From Lepidodermella squamata (Eukaryota; Animalia; Gastrotricha), in assembly GCA_047495785.1 (NCBI GenBank), contig JBLDXI010000020.1, positions 1,054,001 through 1,118,000 of the forward strand: a DNA stretch of 64,000 nucleotides, in the 5' to 3' direction. The notes below the pieces were generated by a model. It worked only from the letters and a program-made list of their open reading frames with translations, did no database searches and was not told the origin of the DNA. A program made the position numbers and the translations under genes. Shown here piece by piece: positions 14,025-25,226 of this stretch; position 1 is the first letter of the stretch, and each line of letters begins with the position of its first letter.

Positions 14025-16361
14025 TTATGCGATGAAAACAACTGAACTCGAGGCCGAATACAATAATTGGCCGCAAGCGAGTACAAACACCTGAATGCAT
14101 GGCAATTCCGACCCAGACAAGACAACCATGATGAGAATAATTGCCAAAAACAGTGAAAACGTGAAAATAATAGCTAATTTCAGCAATTTACATTCCGCCG
14201 TCAACTGCTGAGGAACTTCGAGATTTCGCAAGCCAAATGCGCAGAAAGCCGAGAAAAGCAATAATACAGCATTGATGGCAAGAATTGCTGCTAGCCAATA
14301 TGTGGAATTCGCGGAACCACAGGAATCAAAAGCTGTGTCGAAATACTCGTCGAGAAGCTCGTCAAAAGATACCTCTGAAGTATGGATGCTAAGCATCGGC
14401 GTATCGACTGAGAGCCAAACAGCCACTAGAACCGTGACCGTAACGATTATCACGAAAGTAACCAAGTTTAAAGCGTATTTATTGCGCCTAGTCATCAGCA
14501 TTGTCTGTGGGACGATCTCAGACATTCCTCCAACTAACGACGCCCTTCGTGATAAGACGGTTGATCGGGATTTAACTGAGGCCTTGCTGTTGTTAGTTGA
14601 TGATAAGCCCTTGCGCTTTTTCTGATCAAGTCCCATTAGCTTGTAGTAGCTGAAAACAGTGGCTAGGATGACAACGTTGACCAGGGTGATGCCCAAAGAT
14701 GGAAGAGCTGGCCTCATTCTACATTCAAGTTCTGCGAAGTAATCTCTTCCAACAATAAGGACAACAGCTGAAGTATCCATGGCCAAACCTCCGACAAATA
14801 AAAGGAATTTCTGCGTGGAGTCAAAATAAGAGGCGACGGTTGTAATCTTGATTTCCGACCTAATAACGGACACTATTTTCGCTATGATGCTCGCGGTTGA
14901 GGTAGCAATCACTGTTCCAAATAGAGCTGATCCACATTTAGATACTCGGTGCGTTACCCCGGAGAGATCTTTAGGAGGGGTTCCCAATGGTGTGTACCAA
15001 ACTATATTATCCATCTTAGCAATATTGTATCCATAAACCAAGTTAGAATCATTAGAGCCACCTTCCTCAGATTTAGTCATTTTGTATGCAAGTCGGAGTT
15101 TGTCGTCCACAAGTTGACCTATCCAAAGCTTCTCAGTCAGATCGCCTTCGAAGGTGAACTGATATCTGCCTGTTCTCAGCCCCATGAAGTCGACTTTTCG
15201 GGCCGAAATATTTGCGACTTTCGCTACAAGCTCTCGGTTATTTCGAAAATCAACCAGAGATTTGTTGTAGCGGCTTTGCAGCGTTTCTTCAGTTTTGTTC
15301 AACGTAAGAATAGCTGCCGAAATCGTGTCGAAGCAGGTGAAGCGGAAGTCGTGATCAACCAGCTTTTGACCTCCTGTTAAATCGTTGAATAAGGCCTCGA
15401 ACTCGTTGTAGCTGTACGCAAAACTAGGAGCACTCGGATCGACAGCGAAACGTTGAATTGCAGTTCCTGTATGGAAAACGCTTCTAAGTTGCCACTTCAA
15501 AATGTCTCGATTGCAGCCAGGGGGTATCGGCAGCCTTGGGGCGTCGGATGGGAACATGCAGTTGAAAGATAGGAAGATGAATACGTAGTAAGGAGCCCTT
15601 ATCCCAGCTTCATAGGCCAAACAAAGAAACTTAACACAAAGGGGTAGTTGCACGATAGAAATTCCTATTACTCTTGTCCGAGTTGCCAGTAACATTTTCA
15701 TCGTATCCATCGTTATGTCGTATTCATTAGCATAAAGAAGAACGTCCACATCCATTTTGCCGGCGAAGTCTTGCATGAGTTTACCCATCAAATTTTCATT
15801 CGGATTATTCGCGTTCGTGACGATGGACATTTCTTTCCATTTCCCGATATACTTGACGAACACTATGCCAGCCAGTGCCGAAATATCTGTTGGCCCAGAT
15901 CCGGGAAACAACGCCGAAAATAGCTTAGCCCGCCTCGCCATAATGTAAGCACCGGTGCATTGCTCTGAAAATTGAGTCAGCCCCAGGAATCTAGCTGTTA
16001 AGGATGAGACATGGCAAGCTATTGTTGGTCCCAAAATAACAGGCGAAGGGTAGAAATTGTCTACCGAATTCTCAATGCGATTTTGGTTGTATTTGATGAG
16101 AGCGGCGTTAGACAGAAGAGCGTTTGGACCTTCGTTCGCATGTTCGAGAACTAGTCGATACCCTGGTAGAAGATCATCGCGAGAATTGACGTAGTCGACC
16201 ATTATTCGAAAGGTTGCTTCACAGGCGGGCCACGTCGTACTTCCCTTCTCGTCGAATGGGAATAGAGTTAACATCGACAGATTCGCCTTGATGAGTTTAG
16301 CATGAGACCGATCGGCTGTTAGTTGAATGATCGCTATCAGTAGGAAGCGGACTGCTTTCAT
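14025..16361 (-). CDS. Intronless GABA-B-like class C GPCR (Venus flytrap + 7TM), paralog 1
   Basis: Signal peptide (MKAVRFLLIAIIQ; ORF extends to 16388), VNSRDDLLPGYRL, FLCLAYEAGIRAPYYVF, W..GTPPKD linker, seven hydrophobic segments, no cysteine-rich domain, almost no C-tail. Confidence 0.88.
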   Translation of the reverse strand: MKAVRFLLIAIIQLTADRSHAKLIKANLSMLTLFPFDEKGSTTWPACEATFRIMVDYVNSRDDLLPGYRLVLEHANEGPNALLSNAALIKYNQNRIENSVDNFYPSPVILGPTIACHVSSLTARFLGLTQFSEQCTGAYIMARRAKLFSALFPGSGPTDISALAGIVFVKYIGKWKEMSIVTNANNPNENLMGKLMQDFAGKMDVDVLLYANEYDITMDTMKMLLATRTRVIGISIVQLPLCVKFLCLAYEAGIRAPYYVFIFLSFNCMFPSDAPRLPIPPGCNRDILKWQLRSVFHTGTAIQRFAVDPSAPSFAYSYNEFEALFNDLTGGQKLVDHDFRFTCFDTISAAILTLNKTEETLQSRYNKSLVDFRNNRELVAKVANISARKVDFMGLRTGRYQFTFEGDLTEKLWIGQLVDDKLRLAYKMTKSEEGGSNDSNLVYGYNIAKMDNIVWYTPLGTPPKDLSGVTHRVSKCGSALFGTVIATSTASIIAKIVSVIRSEIKITTVASYFDSTQKFLLFVGGLAMDTSAVVLIVGRDYFAELECRMRPALPSLGITLVNVVILATVFSYYKLMGLDQKKRKGLSSTNNSKASVKSRSTVLSRRASLVGGMSEIVPQTMLMTRRNKYALNLVTFVIIVTVTVLVAVWLSVDTPMLSIHTSEVSFDELLDEYFDTAFDSCGSANSTYWLAAILAINAVLLLFSAFCAFGLRNLEVPQQLTAECKLLKLAIIFTFSLFLAIILIMVVLSGSELPCIQVFVLACGQLLYSASSSVVFIA

Positions 16362-17186
16362 TTTTAAAAATGGAGAAATGATCAACATGTACAGAAGATT
16401 GTCTCTAAAAATGCTTTATAATGAGCTAATTTGAAGCCATGAACATCGCGTTATCATCCAATTAGCGAGTATAAGTGTCACAGTTCGCGAGTGCGTTTCA
16501 GGCAATCAGGAAAAACATTTCTGTCTCCTTGTAAAAATCCCTTATAAACAGCGCGGATTTGTTTCGCATAAAGATTTTAATGGTGGTAATTATGCGCACC
16601 ATAGTTAATTTGGGCTGCGACTTAAAAAAGCCTCGAGCCTAATGATAAAAAACCTAGACCCTAATTTGAATCGATCACAAGTTCAAATTTAATGATCAGG
16701 ACAAAGGACAACACATTTTGTGTTTTGAACTTCTGGACATTCTTTGGGATACAACCAAGAGAAAAAATGTCTTCGCTTTGTAAACCGATTCTTCCATTAT
16801 CAAGTGAGCGATCTATAACTTTGCTTCATTATTTATCTTTAACCGCAGTTCAGTGAACTCACGACAGCGGAGGCTCTTTTTCGCTCAATATAACTTGCGG
16901 CATTTGGAGATCGTGCAATTTGCAGTGTTTCAAATTGCCTGTATTCTCCCTGCACTTTGCAGCATGTGCGAAGTAAATCAATTCAAGTTGTGATTCCACC
17001 TAGCATGCGCTTTCAACCTCGAGGTGCTTCCGTCTGTAACTTATTTTTAAATATGCGCGTAGCACAAAGCAAGGCAATGAAAAGCGGAGAGGCGCGCCTT
17101 CCTGTTATTCACTGACAAAAACATTCAGCTGATAGCCTGCAACAAAAGCTAAACACTCATTGTGTCGAAAAAATTATTTCCGCGTT

Positions 17187-19562
17187 ATGAATCACTTGAA
17201 TCTTGTCCTGTTGACATTGCTTAGCTTCTCTTCGACACAAGCCAGCAAGTCGAAGACCTTATCAATTCTTACCTTTCTGAATGTGGACAATAAGGGACAG
17301 ACAACCATGCCGAGTTGCGAGGCAGCTATAAGATACGTGGCTGATTACGCCAACTCTGCTCCTGAATTTTTGCCAAACTACAAAATTCAACTTCAAGTTG
17401 AAAATGAGGGAGCGGGAGCTGCAATGTCCAACTACGGCCTGATGAAATTCTACAGAGCTCCACTGAATGCTACCTTCAAGTCTCCCGTCGTTTTCGGACC
17501 AACTGTATCTTGCAACAACGTCGCCTTAGCACTGAAACACCTTCATTTTACGCATTTTTCACCCCAGTGTGCCGGGGCTTTACTCGTGAGGCAGAAGAAA
17601 CTGTACTCGGATCTGTACACGGTCCAAGTCGCGGCTGAAACCAATGTCGTGGCAGGCTTATGGTTCTTGAAGTCAGTTGGTAACTGGAAACAAATTGCGA
17701 TATTGACAAACGCTAATAACGCCAACGAGTACTTAATTGCGCAACACCTGCTCTCCGCAGCGATTGAGGACGGTATATCAGTTTTGGCCTATGTGAGTGC
17801 TTACGACATTACCATGGAGACAGCCGTTGCGCTGAAAGAATCAAACGCTAGAGTGATTCAGATGGTCATGGTGTCTGGACCGCCTTGCGCTAGGTTTCTT
17901 TGTTTTGCGCACATGGCTGGAATGCGTCCTCCGTATTACGTGTTCGTCAACCTGTTATGGTGCGCCTTTAACGTTGAAAGTCCTTCATTGGCCCTCCCGG
18001 ACGGTTGTACAAAGGAAATCCTTTACGAACAGCTAAGCATCATGTTCTTCTCGGGGACATTTGCTAACCCAGTCAATACGTCACTTCCACCGACAACACT
18101 AGGCTATAGTCTTAGTGATTTTGAGAAACATATGAACCTCAATGGGAAAGGCCCAGATTTCTCGAATCGGCACCTTTGCCACGATGCGATGTTAGCAGCT
18201 GTTGTTAACCTCGACAGAACCGAGCGAATTTTGCTGTTGAAATTCAACAAGACACTCTCAGATTTCACAGAAGAGCCGGAGTTTGTTTCGTCGATTGTCA
18301 GATCGGTTTCACAAAACACAGACTTTAACGGTCTGAGGATCGGAAGGCTAAGTTTCACCGAGCTAGGAAATGTCGCTGGGGATGATAGGTATTTCGCTCA
18401 GATGACTGCGTCCGATCCAAGAGTAATTGCGAGGCTGACGAGAAAGCCACTAAATGTATCAGACGATGGTATCTCCTACAACATTAGTGATTACGAACTT
18501 ATTCCAATCAGTTACCCTGTCTGGTCCACGAATGGAAACAGGCCACCGAAAGACCTCTCAGCTATTACGATTATCACGGAGCAATGCTCTCTAGCTTTTG
18601 CGATCACGATTAGCTCAGCAATCTTCATACTTTTCGTAATTCAAATCGCTCTCGCGATCAGAAATCTGAACAGAGGTCCAGGGACTAAAGCCGCAATAGT
18701 TTTCGGATGCATCTTGCAAGAAGCTTCGTCTCTAACATTGGTAACCGGAAGCAATTGGTTCCCCTCTGTTGAATGCTTCTTGCGTCTGTTTCTCAGTGGA
18801 TATGGCTTGGTCTTGCTAAATGGAGCAACCATCTACCTGAGTCTTAATATCTTTAAAGCTACAGGCCAAATGAAGCCGAAGGCAGTAAGGTTCAATGCAT
18901 CCGCACGTCTGAGACAATTTTCGTCAACATCGCACCATTCCAGCTCGGTCAGTGTAACCCGGGAAAACGCGACTTTCCGCAGAACTCGATCCTCACTAGG
19001 CATTTTAAAATCGACCAACATGGTTACACTGACTTCGATAATAATCATTATACATGTAATTGCGGTGATCGGCTGGGTAGGAGGAGATAGCCCGAAGTTA
19101 CTGACTTCTGATACGGATAGCTTTTTCGACCCTTCTGTCGACAGTTATGTGGTTCTGCGAAGGATCAACTGTGTCCTTTCTAATCAAGCAATATGGCTTG
19201 GAATTCTCGTACCCTCACAGTGCTTGGCTCTACTAATTTCACTGCTACTTATCAACAGTGTGAAGCATCTGAAACTCCCTCAATCTCTAAAGTTTGAATT
19301 GAAGTGGGTTCGTTTAACAGCTACGAATCAAGCAATCCTTCTGGTTGCTACTACTTTGATAATGCTCATTGTCTCTCAATCCCCTCAATATTGCATTCAA
19401 ATGACAGTTTTATCGGCCTGTCAGCTGGTTTATTCAGCATCTACCAGTTTCATTTTACTCTTGCCAAGACTTGAGGAGAAACGACATATTGGAGAGAGGT
19501 TAACCGACTCTACAGGAGCAACATCACATTTGTTTAGAATGAGAAGAACAGAAGCTTTGTAA
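17187..19562 (+). CDS. Intronless GABA-B-like class C GPCR, paralog 2
   Basis: ATG at 17187 starts a signal peptide; FLPNYKIQL, FLCFAHMAGM.PPYYVF, CHDAMLA, W..NRPPKD, 7 TM segments. Confidence 0.88.
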   Translation: MNHLNLVLLTLLSFSSTQASKSKTLSILTFLNVDNKGQTTMPSCEAAIRYVADYANSAPEFLPNYKIQLQVENEGAGAAMSNYGLMKFYRAPLNATFKSPVVFGPTVSCNNVALALKHLHFTHFSPQCAGALLVRQKKLYSDLYTVQVAAETNVVAGLWFLKSVGNWKQIAILTNANNANEYLIAQHLLSAAIEDGISVLAYVSAYDITMETAVALKESNARVIQMVMVSGPPCARFLCFAHMAGMRPPYYVFVNLLWCAFNVESPSLALPDGCTKEILYEQLSIMFFSGTFANPVNTSLPPTTLGYSLSDFEKHMNLNGKGPDFSNRHLCHDAMLAAVVNLDRTERILLLKFNKTLSDFTEEPEFVSSIVRSVSQNTDFNGLRIGRLSFTELGNVAGDDRYFAQMTASDPRVIARLTRKPLNVSDDGISYNISDYELIPISYPVWSTNGNRPPKDLSAITIITEQCSLAFAITISSAIFILFVIQIALAIRNLNRGPGTKAAIVFGCILQEASSLTLVTGSNWFPSVECFLRLFLSGYGLVLLNGATIYLSLNIFKATGQMKPKAVRFNASARLRQFSSTSHHSSSVSVTRENATFRRTRSSLGILKSTNMVTLTSIIIIIHVIAVIGWVGGDSPKLLTSDTDSFFDPSVDSYVVLRRINCVLSNQAIWLGILVPSQCLALLISLLLINSVKHLKLPQSLKFELKWVRLTATNQAILLVATTLIMLIVSQSPQYCIQMTVLSACQLVYSASTSFILLLPRLEEKRHIGERLTDSTGATSHLFRMRRTEAL

Positions 19563-19619
19563 AATGTAAAAGATGATGGGAAAGTGATAAAGTTAATCAT
19601 TACAGTAGGGTTTGAAGTG

Positions 19620-21988
19620 TTAGTTTAAGTGCATCATTAGAGCCATGAATATTCCGAAGGAGTAAATCAGCTGACCGAAAGACATTACGATGCTCTGAAT
19701 ACAAGCGACTTGTGACGATGACATAACTATGATTACTAGACAAACGCCTGCTAAGCACGAAACACCTCCGAAAGCCGCAAAACTCAGTCGCTTACGTTCT
19801 TCTCGCAATGAGACTTGTAGGCGAAGTTTCCTTGCTCCATAAGCACAATATGAAGCTGAAAGGAGTAGCAAGAAATTCAGGGCCAGGAATGGGGTTAGCC
19901 AATAGGCGAAATAGGAGCATGCACAAGTTCTGGTAGACGTGATGTAGTACTCATCCTGTTGGTCATCATATGCAACTGGCGAAGATTTTACCTCTACCTC
20001 CAATGAATCTGTGGCGAGCCAGAAAGCAAGAATTATGACTACCATCAAAGTTACTACAATCATGCCGATTCGCATGAACGATTTCTTTCTCTGGAATGCT
20101 AGTTTTTCGTCTCCTTGGTTCCTGATACTGACTGAAATCGACCTGGCTTTGCTTGATAATCGCGGCAGACTAAAGCGACTTGCTATTATGGGTTCATGAT
20201 AATTGCTCTTCCTCGACTCGGAATCACTTTTCTCGTTACTGTTAATTGACTTTTTCGCCTCGCTCATTCGCGGCTGTTCCATGAATTTGTAATAGCTGAA
20301 CATATTAGCGAGAATCACGCAATTTATCAAAGTAATACCGATTGTGGGTAGTACTGGGCGGATTTGACACTCGAATTTCGGGAAGTAGTCACTGCCCACC
20401 AAAATTAATACAGCAGAAGCGTTAACCATGAAACATCCGATGAATAACATGCATTTTTGCACTCTATCGAAGTAGGATTTCCTCTGTTGATGTAATTTGA
20501 TCGCCTTGATGAAGAATATGATATCAACAGTGAGAGTAGTAAAAGATAAGATGGCTGAGACTCCGATTGAGGTCAAACCACATGTCGCAAGACGGTGAGA
20601 AATTGCCGATAAATCTTTAGGCGGATTCCCCAACCTCGTCGACCAAACAATTTCAGCCAGTTTTGTTACTTTGTAGCCGTACATCGTATCAGGATCGTTG
20701 CCCTTAGATTCGTCCATCCTGTACAGCAGCCTTAGTTTATCATCCACAACTTGCCCGATCCATAGCTTTTCAGTCAAGTCACCCTCTGAAGAGTAAAAGT
20801 ACCTTCCCATTCTCAGCCCGATGAAATCTACAGACATGGCTGATTGATTAGCAACTCGACCGACAAGTTCTGGGTCACTACGGAAATCAAGCAGAGATTT
20901 GTTATATTGTCCCTGAAGAATTGCTTCGGTTTTGTTCAGGGTTAGAATCGCGGCTGAAATAGTGTCGAAACAGGTGAAGCGAAAGTCGTAATCGACTGGC
21001 CGTTGAAAATTTGTGACCTCGTTAAATTTCGATTCGAATTCCGAATAATTGTACGCAAAACTGCTCGTATTTGCAGTAGCATCCAATCGATGGATGGCGG
21101 TTCCGGCGTAAAATACGCTTCTCAATTGCTCCCGAAGCATTTCCTGGCTACAACCAGGTGGGATAGGTAGATTCGGAGCGTCTGAAGTGAACAAACAGTT
21201 GAGAGATAAGTATAAGAACACGTAGAATGGCGCCCGAATTCCAGCTTCGTAAGCCTGGCACAAAAACTTGACACACATAGGAAGTTGGACGAACGCTAAT
21301 CCGATGACGCGAGTTCTTGTCGCAAGTAGTGATATCATCGTTTCCATAGTAACGTCGTATTCATTCGTGTATAGTAGAACGTCAACTTTCATTTTTATAG
21401 CATACTCGACCATCAAACTACCGATCAAGTATTCATTCGGATTGTTGGCGTTACCAACAACTGAGATTTCCTTCCATTTATTGACTTTTTTCACGAAAAC
21501 CATAGCCGACAAAGCGGCAATGACAGATGGGCCGGAACCTGGATAGAGGGCGGAAAACAGCTTTTTCCTCGATAAGATGTAAGCACCAGCGCATTGAATT
21601 GAAAATTGGGACATTCTAAGGTAGCGAACTGTCATCGAGGAGACGTGGCACGAGATGACTGGGCCTAACACTATCGGAGACGGGTATAAAGCGGTGTCCA
21701 CGCTTTCAACTCGATCGCGGTGGTATTTAACCAGGGCAGCGTTTGAAAGAACGGCGCCGGGTCCGTCGTTAGCTATTTCAGGGATCAAGCGATATCCCGG
21801 CAGCAAATCGTCACATTCACGTAGTCGATCATTATTCGAAACGTCGATTCACATGCTGGCCAGGTATTTTGTCCGCGTTGGTCCAGCGGGAAAAGAGTCA
21901 ATATCGAGAGGTTTGCCCGTATCGCTTTCCCTGAAATTAAGCCAAAGCTTTGACAAATCAGCATTAAAACTGCGAGTTTTACACTCAT
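19620..21988 (-). pseudogene. GABA-B-like class C GPCR, paralog 3, with a single frameshift at ~21814 (recent pseudogene, null allele or assembly error)
   Basis: ORF 21785-21988 (signal peptide to ...RIMIDYVN) and ORF 19620-21806 are two frames of one gene. Paralog 1 reads YVN-SR-DDLLPGY; here AAT GT GAC GAT TTG implies a 4-nt deletion. Confidence 0.8.
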
Positions 21989-22763
21989 TTTTTCTAATTC
22001 AAATTTTAAAAGTGGTCCAAAAAAGGATCTGCTGGAAAGGAGATTTCCTGTCAGTCGAAGGAGAGCATAAGCAACAGCGCAGACCGTAGGTTTAAACGTG
22101 CCTTTTCTGTAGTCAACTAATTATGAACTGACGTAAATGTGTTAAATGAAGCTGACTTTTTGGAAGAAAAAGTCACATGGTATTGAAGAGACGTCGAAAA
22201 TTGTCCACCATACAGGTTTCAACATGAGACGCTTTAGGTCAATTAGCCTGCCGCAACACGCAACCGTCGCAACACGTCACTTGTGATTATAAAAGCAATC
22301 AATATTTGCAGTACCAACAAAATTTATTAAATTTCCCTAACCCTTTAGCTACCACCCCGTGAGGAGTTAACACGGCAAGGTTTTGCAAAATTTGATGTTT
22401 TAGCCATACTGCGTGCAGATAATTCCACTAATTCCTGTTTTTTCAACTGATTATTTATAGGACCCGAGTGAAACGTTTCTAATCGAAGGACTTTTAATTG
22501 AACTTTTAATTAATAGAAAATGTATAAAATTGAATAAAAAATCAGCTAATTAATTTCCTTCCGCTCTGATGCAATGTCCTGACAGCCTGAATTCGCAAGT
22601 AAAAACGTGTGTGCAACCCGCCTCAAGCCCTCCGGACATTTAAATGTCGGGTCTAACAGAATATCTCATCAGCCCTGGGGACAATCCGGACTGACAAAAA
22701 TAGGGAGTGTCTGTGTTTAATCGGTGTCACTTGAACCGCAGTCGGCTCTACGATCCCTGTGGT

Positions 22764-22806
22764 AATATCGTAATATCGTATACCTAATATCGTAATATCG
22801 TATACC
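22764..22806. repeat. Short tandem repeat (AATATCGT)2-ATACCT duplicated, next to a small hairpin; possible transposon remnant
   Basis: taatatcgtaatatcgtatacctaatatcgtaatatcgtatacc, adjacent to the GAACCG-cagt-CGGCTC stem-loop at ~22733-22748. Confidence 0.5.
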
Positions 22807-23382
22807 TTTCCACACTATTATAAGTTCATAGGTACTCACGCTGAAACTCGCCAAAACACGTATTATTGAAGGTTGAGAAGCGCTGTGTCCCAAGTTGTAA
22901 AATGTCGAAACGGATATGGACCCTGCCACCACTGCTGGGTTGCGAATATTTGCATCAGACATCAGCATATAGCTAGTTTTAAGATAGAGGTCCTACTACT
23001 GACTTATAAACGCCATGGGCGTCAGATGTTGTGATGAATCAGTATCGAGTGGTTGGAAGAGTAAACAAATCAGGTGATTTTCGATCGCTCATTATTGTTG
23101 AACGATTAATGACAATCAATAATTGTCTGCGGTACGAGATAGCTATTGAAATGAAGAACACATTGATTATTTTTCTTAAGTTGTACTGATTTGTACTGAT
23201 GAGATGGGGAAAATCGCTAAAACGCAACAAAGGAAATGCTGCCTTTTTTCTAGTTTAAACGAGAAAAAGCTGTTTATCGCATTTTTATCTCTTCACCGTC
23301 AAAAGTTGAACTGGCGTGCTGAAAAAATTGTAGCGGAAAATGTATCAGAATAACTTGTCTCAATTTTCTCAGCTGATATAAA

Positions 23383-24924
23383 ATGGAAATGGGAGAAATC
23401 TCGTTGGAAAAAGTCGATGCTGCCAGCATTTCACCGAATACGACCGAGCTAGTTAAGGATGATCAAACAAAACCAGGCAGGAAGCTTGTGCACTACATCA
23501 GGCTGTTTTTTGGACCAGAGCTGTCACTTTTCCTATTCGTAACATCTGCCGGAGTCATAGCCCCAGCGCAACAGAAATTCATATACGACAAAATTTGTCT
23601 GTACAAATTCAACGATCGGGAGCTATGTTCCGCGATCAACAATTCCCCAGATCTAGCAGCTCAGGCAGCTGCGGTTCAAGTCGATTTTACAAGCTATTCA
23701 ACATTCAACCAGTTCTCTATTCTAATCCCATCGTTGTTCGTCATCATGATTATGGGAACTTGGTGTGATCGATTTTCCTATCGAATACCTCTTGTTGTCC
23801 CACAAATTGGTACAGTTATCAACACATTACTCCTGATCATCTTCGCCTATCTTCCTAACGACATTCTCGATCCGGTCAATTATGGAGCTTTTTCTTTAAT
23901 CGTAGGCTTAACTGGTTCGGCGAATACTATGATAGTTGCTTGCGCCGCTTATGTCAGCAAAATTTCCGACGATCAAAGCCGAACAGTCAGACTGGCAGCG
24001 ATTGAAGCGGCCATAACAGGGGGAAGTATGGTTGGCAATTTAATCAGTGCCTACGTCCTAAGTCGAGCCGGTCCCGTTACCGCATTTGTCCTTCAAATAG
24101 CGCTGGCCCTTTATTCCGTAGTTTACATATTCGCGATGGTCCCGGAGTTGCATAAATACCAGGAAGTGAAGGCAAAAGTGCAGAGTGAAACCAATGGAAG
24201 CTGGTTGAAATACATTTTCAAGCCGCGACGAGACGTTATTGATGGCTTTCTCATCTTCTTCTCCCGATCGGAAAAATATGCCGAGATGCGGAAATACCTC
24301 ATTTCCCTGCTGATTCTCTACCTAATTCAAGCATCAGTTGCTAGTGGGGTTATGGGCCCGATATTCCCATTCCTATCCCTCCGACCTATTTCAATGTCTC
24401 CGAGTGATTTTGCGATAATCAGCGCGGTTCAGGGCGCAACGGCTTCTCTGAGTTTATTTTTCGTAATGAGAATTCTCAAAGTTTACTTCCATTTTTCCGA
24501 CCCTGGTTTGTACATTGTCGGGGCAGCTTCAAGAAATGTCGGCCTCCTCGCCCTAGCTTTTGGCGGGTTCTACCCCGATTTCGCACCTTGGCTCTACTGC
24601 GCTTTCGGTATGTTCAGTTACTATCCTTTCATCACATGTCGATCTGGTTTATCGAAACTGATCGACGAATCTGAACACGGTCGAATGTTTGCTGTACTGA
24701 CGTTACTCGACAATTTGCTGTCAATGATAACGATTGCCGGGTACAATGCGGTCTATGCGGCCACTGTCACAACGAATTTCGAGTCGGAAGGGCTAAATTA
24801 TATCCTCCATGGTTACACATTCCTATTTGGGGCTATGCAATCGTCAGTTTCTTTTATTCTTGTTATTTGGCTCGGCAGAAGAGGATTAAAAAGTTGGAGT
24901 TTCAACTCTAAAATCAATTTCTAA
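23383..24924 (+). CDS. SLC46 (PCFT/HCP1)-like MFS transporter, copy 1, intronless
   Basis: 513 aa with ~12 TM segments; YDKIC...C loop after TM1, G.WCDR (motif-A-like), AYVS.IS....RT.RLA.IEA, RSGLSKLID.SEHGRMF. Confidence 0.85.
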   Translation: MEMGEISLEKVDAASISPNTTELVKDDQTKPGRKLVHYIRLFFGPELSLFLFVTSAGVIAPAQQKFIYDKICLYKFNDRELCSAINNSPDLAAQAAAVQVDFTSYSTFNQFSILIPSLFVIMIMGTWCDRFSYRIPLVVPQIGTVINTLLLIIFAYLPNDILDPVNYGAFSLIVGLTGSANTMIVACAAYVSKISDDQSRTVRLAAIEAAITGGSMVGNLISAYVLSRAGPVTAFVLQIALALYSVVYIFAMVPELHKYQEVKAKVQSETNGSWLKYIFKPRRDVIDGFLIFFSRSEKYAEMRKYLISLLILYLIQASVASGVMGPIFPFLSLRPISMSPSDFAIISAVQGATASLSLFFVMRILKVYFHFSDPGLYIVGAASRNVGLLALAFGGFYPDFAPWLYCAFGMFSYYPFITCRSGLSKLIDESEHGRMFAVLTLLDNLLSMITIAGYNAVYAATVTTNFESEGLNYILHGYTFLFGAMQSSVSFILVIWLGRRGLKSWSFNSKINF

Positions 24925-25226
24925 ATAATTCATATTAATTTGATAATTAAGGAAAATGAATTTTCTTGAATTTGCAATAATTCTTAAAAAATTTAAATTT
25001 AAATTTCACTGTGACACGCGATAAGGCCTCAATTGCCACATTTCCAGTTCATGGGCTGAGATGTTTTATCTCAAACAATGAATCGTCATAAGGAATTATC
25101 GCCCCTTCTAGGCCTTATCTGAGGCTAACCGAGTGCACTTGGCTGGTGTTCCGTTTTCCGTATTCACCCCGCTTATCTGGCTTCATGTTGTGAAATAAGT
25201 CAAATTTCGGGGTAATTTTTTCGAAA

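Noticed and set aside
14272-15948. Antisense ORFs overlapping the GPCR genes (also in the other paralogs)
   Set aside because: Expected shadows of long coding frames; no independent evidence.
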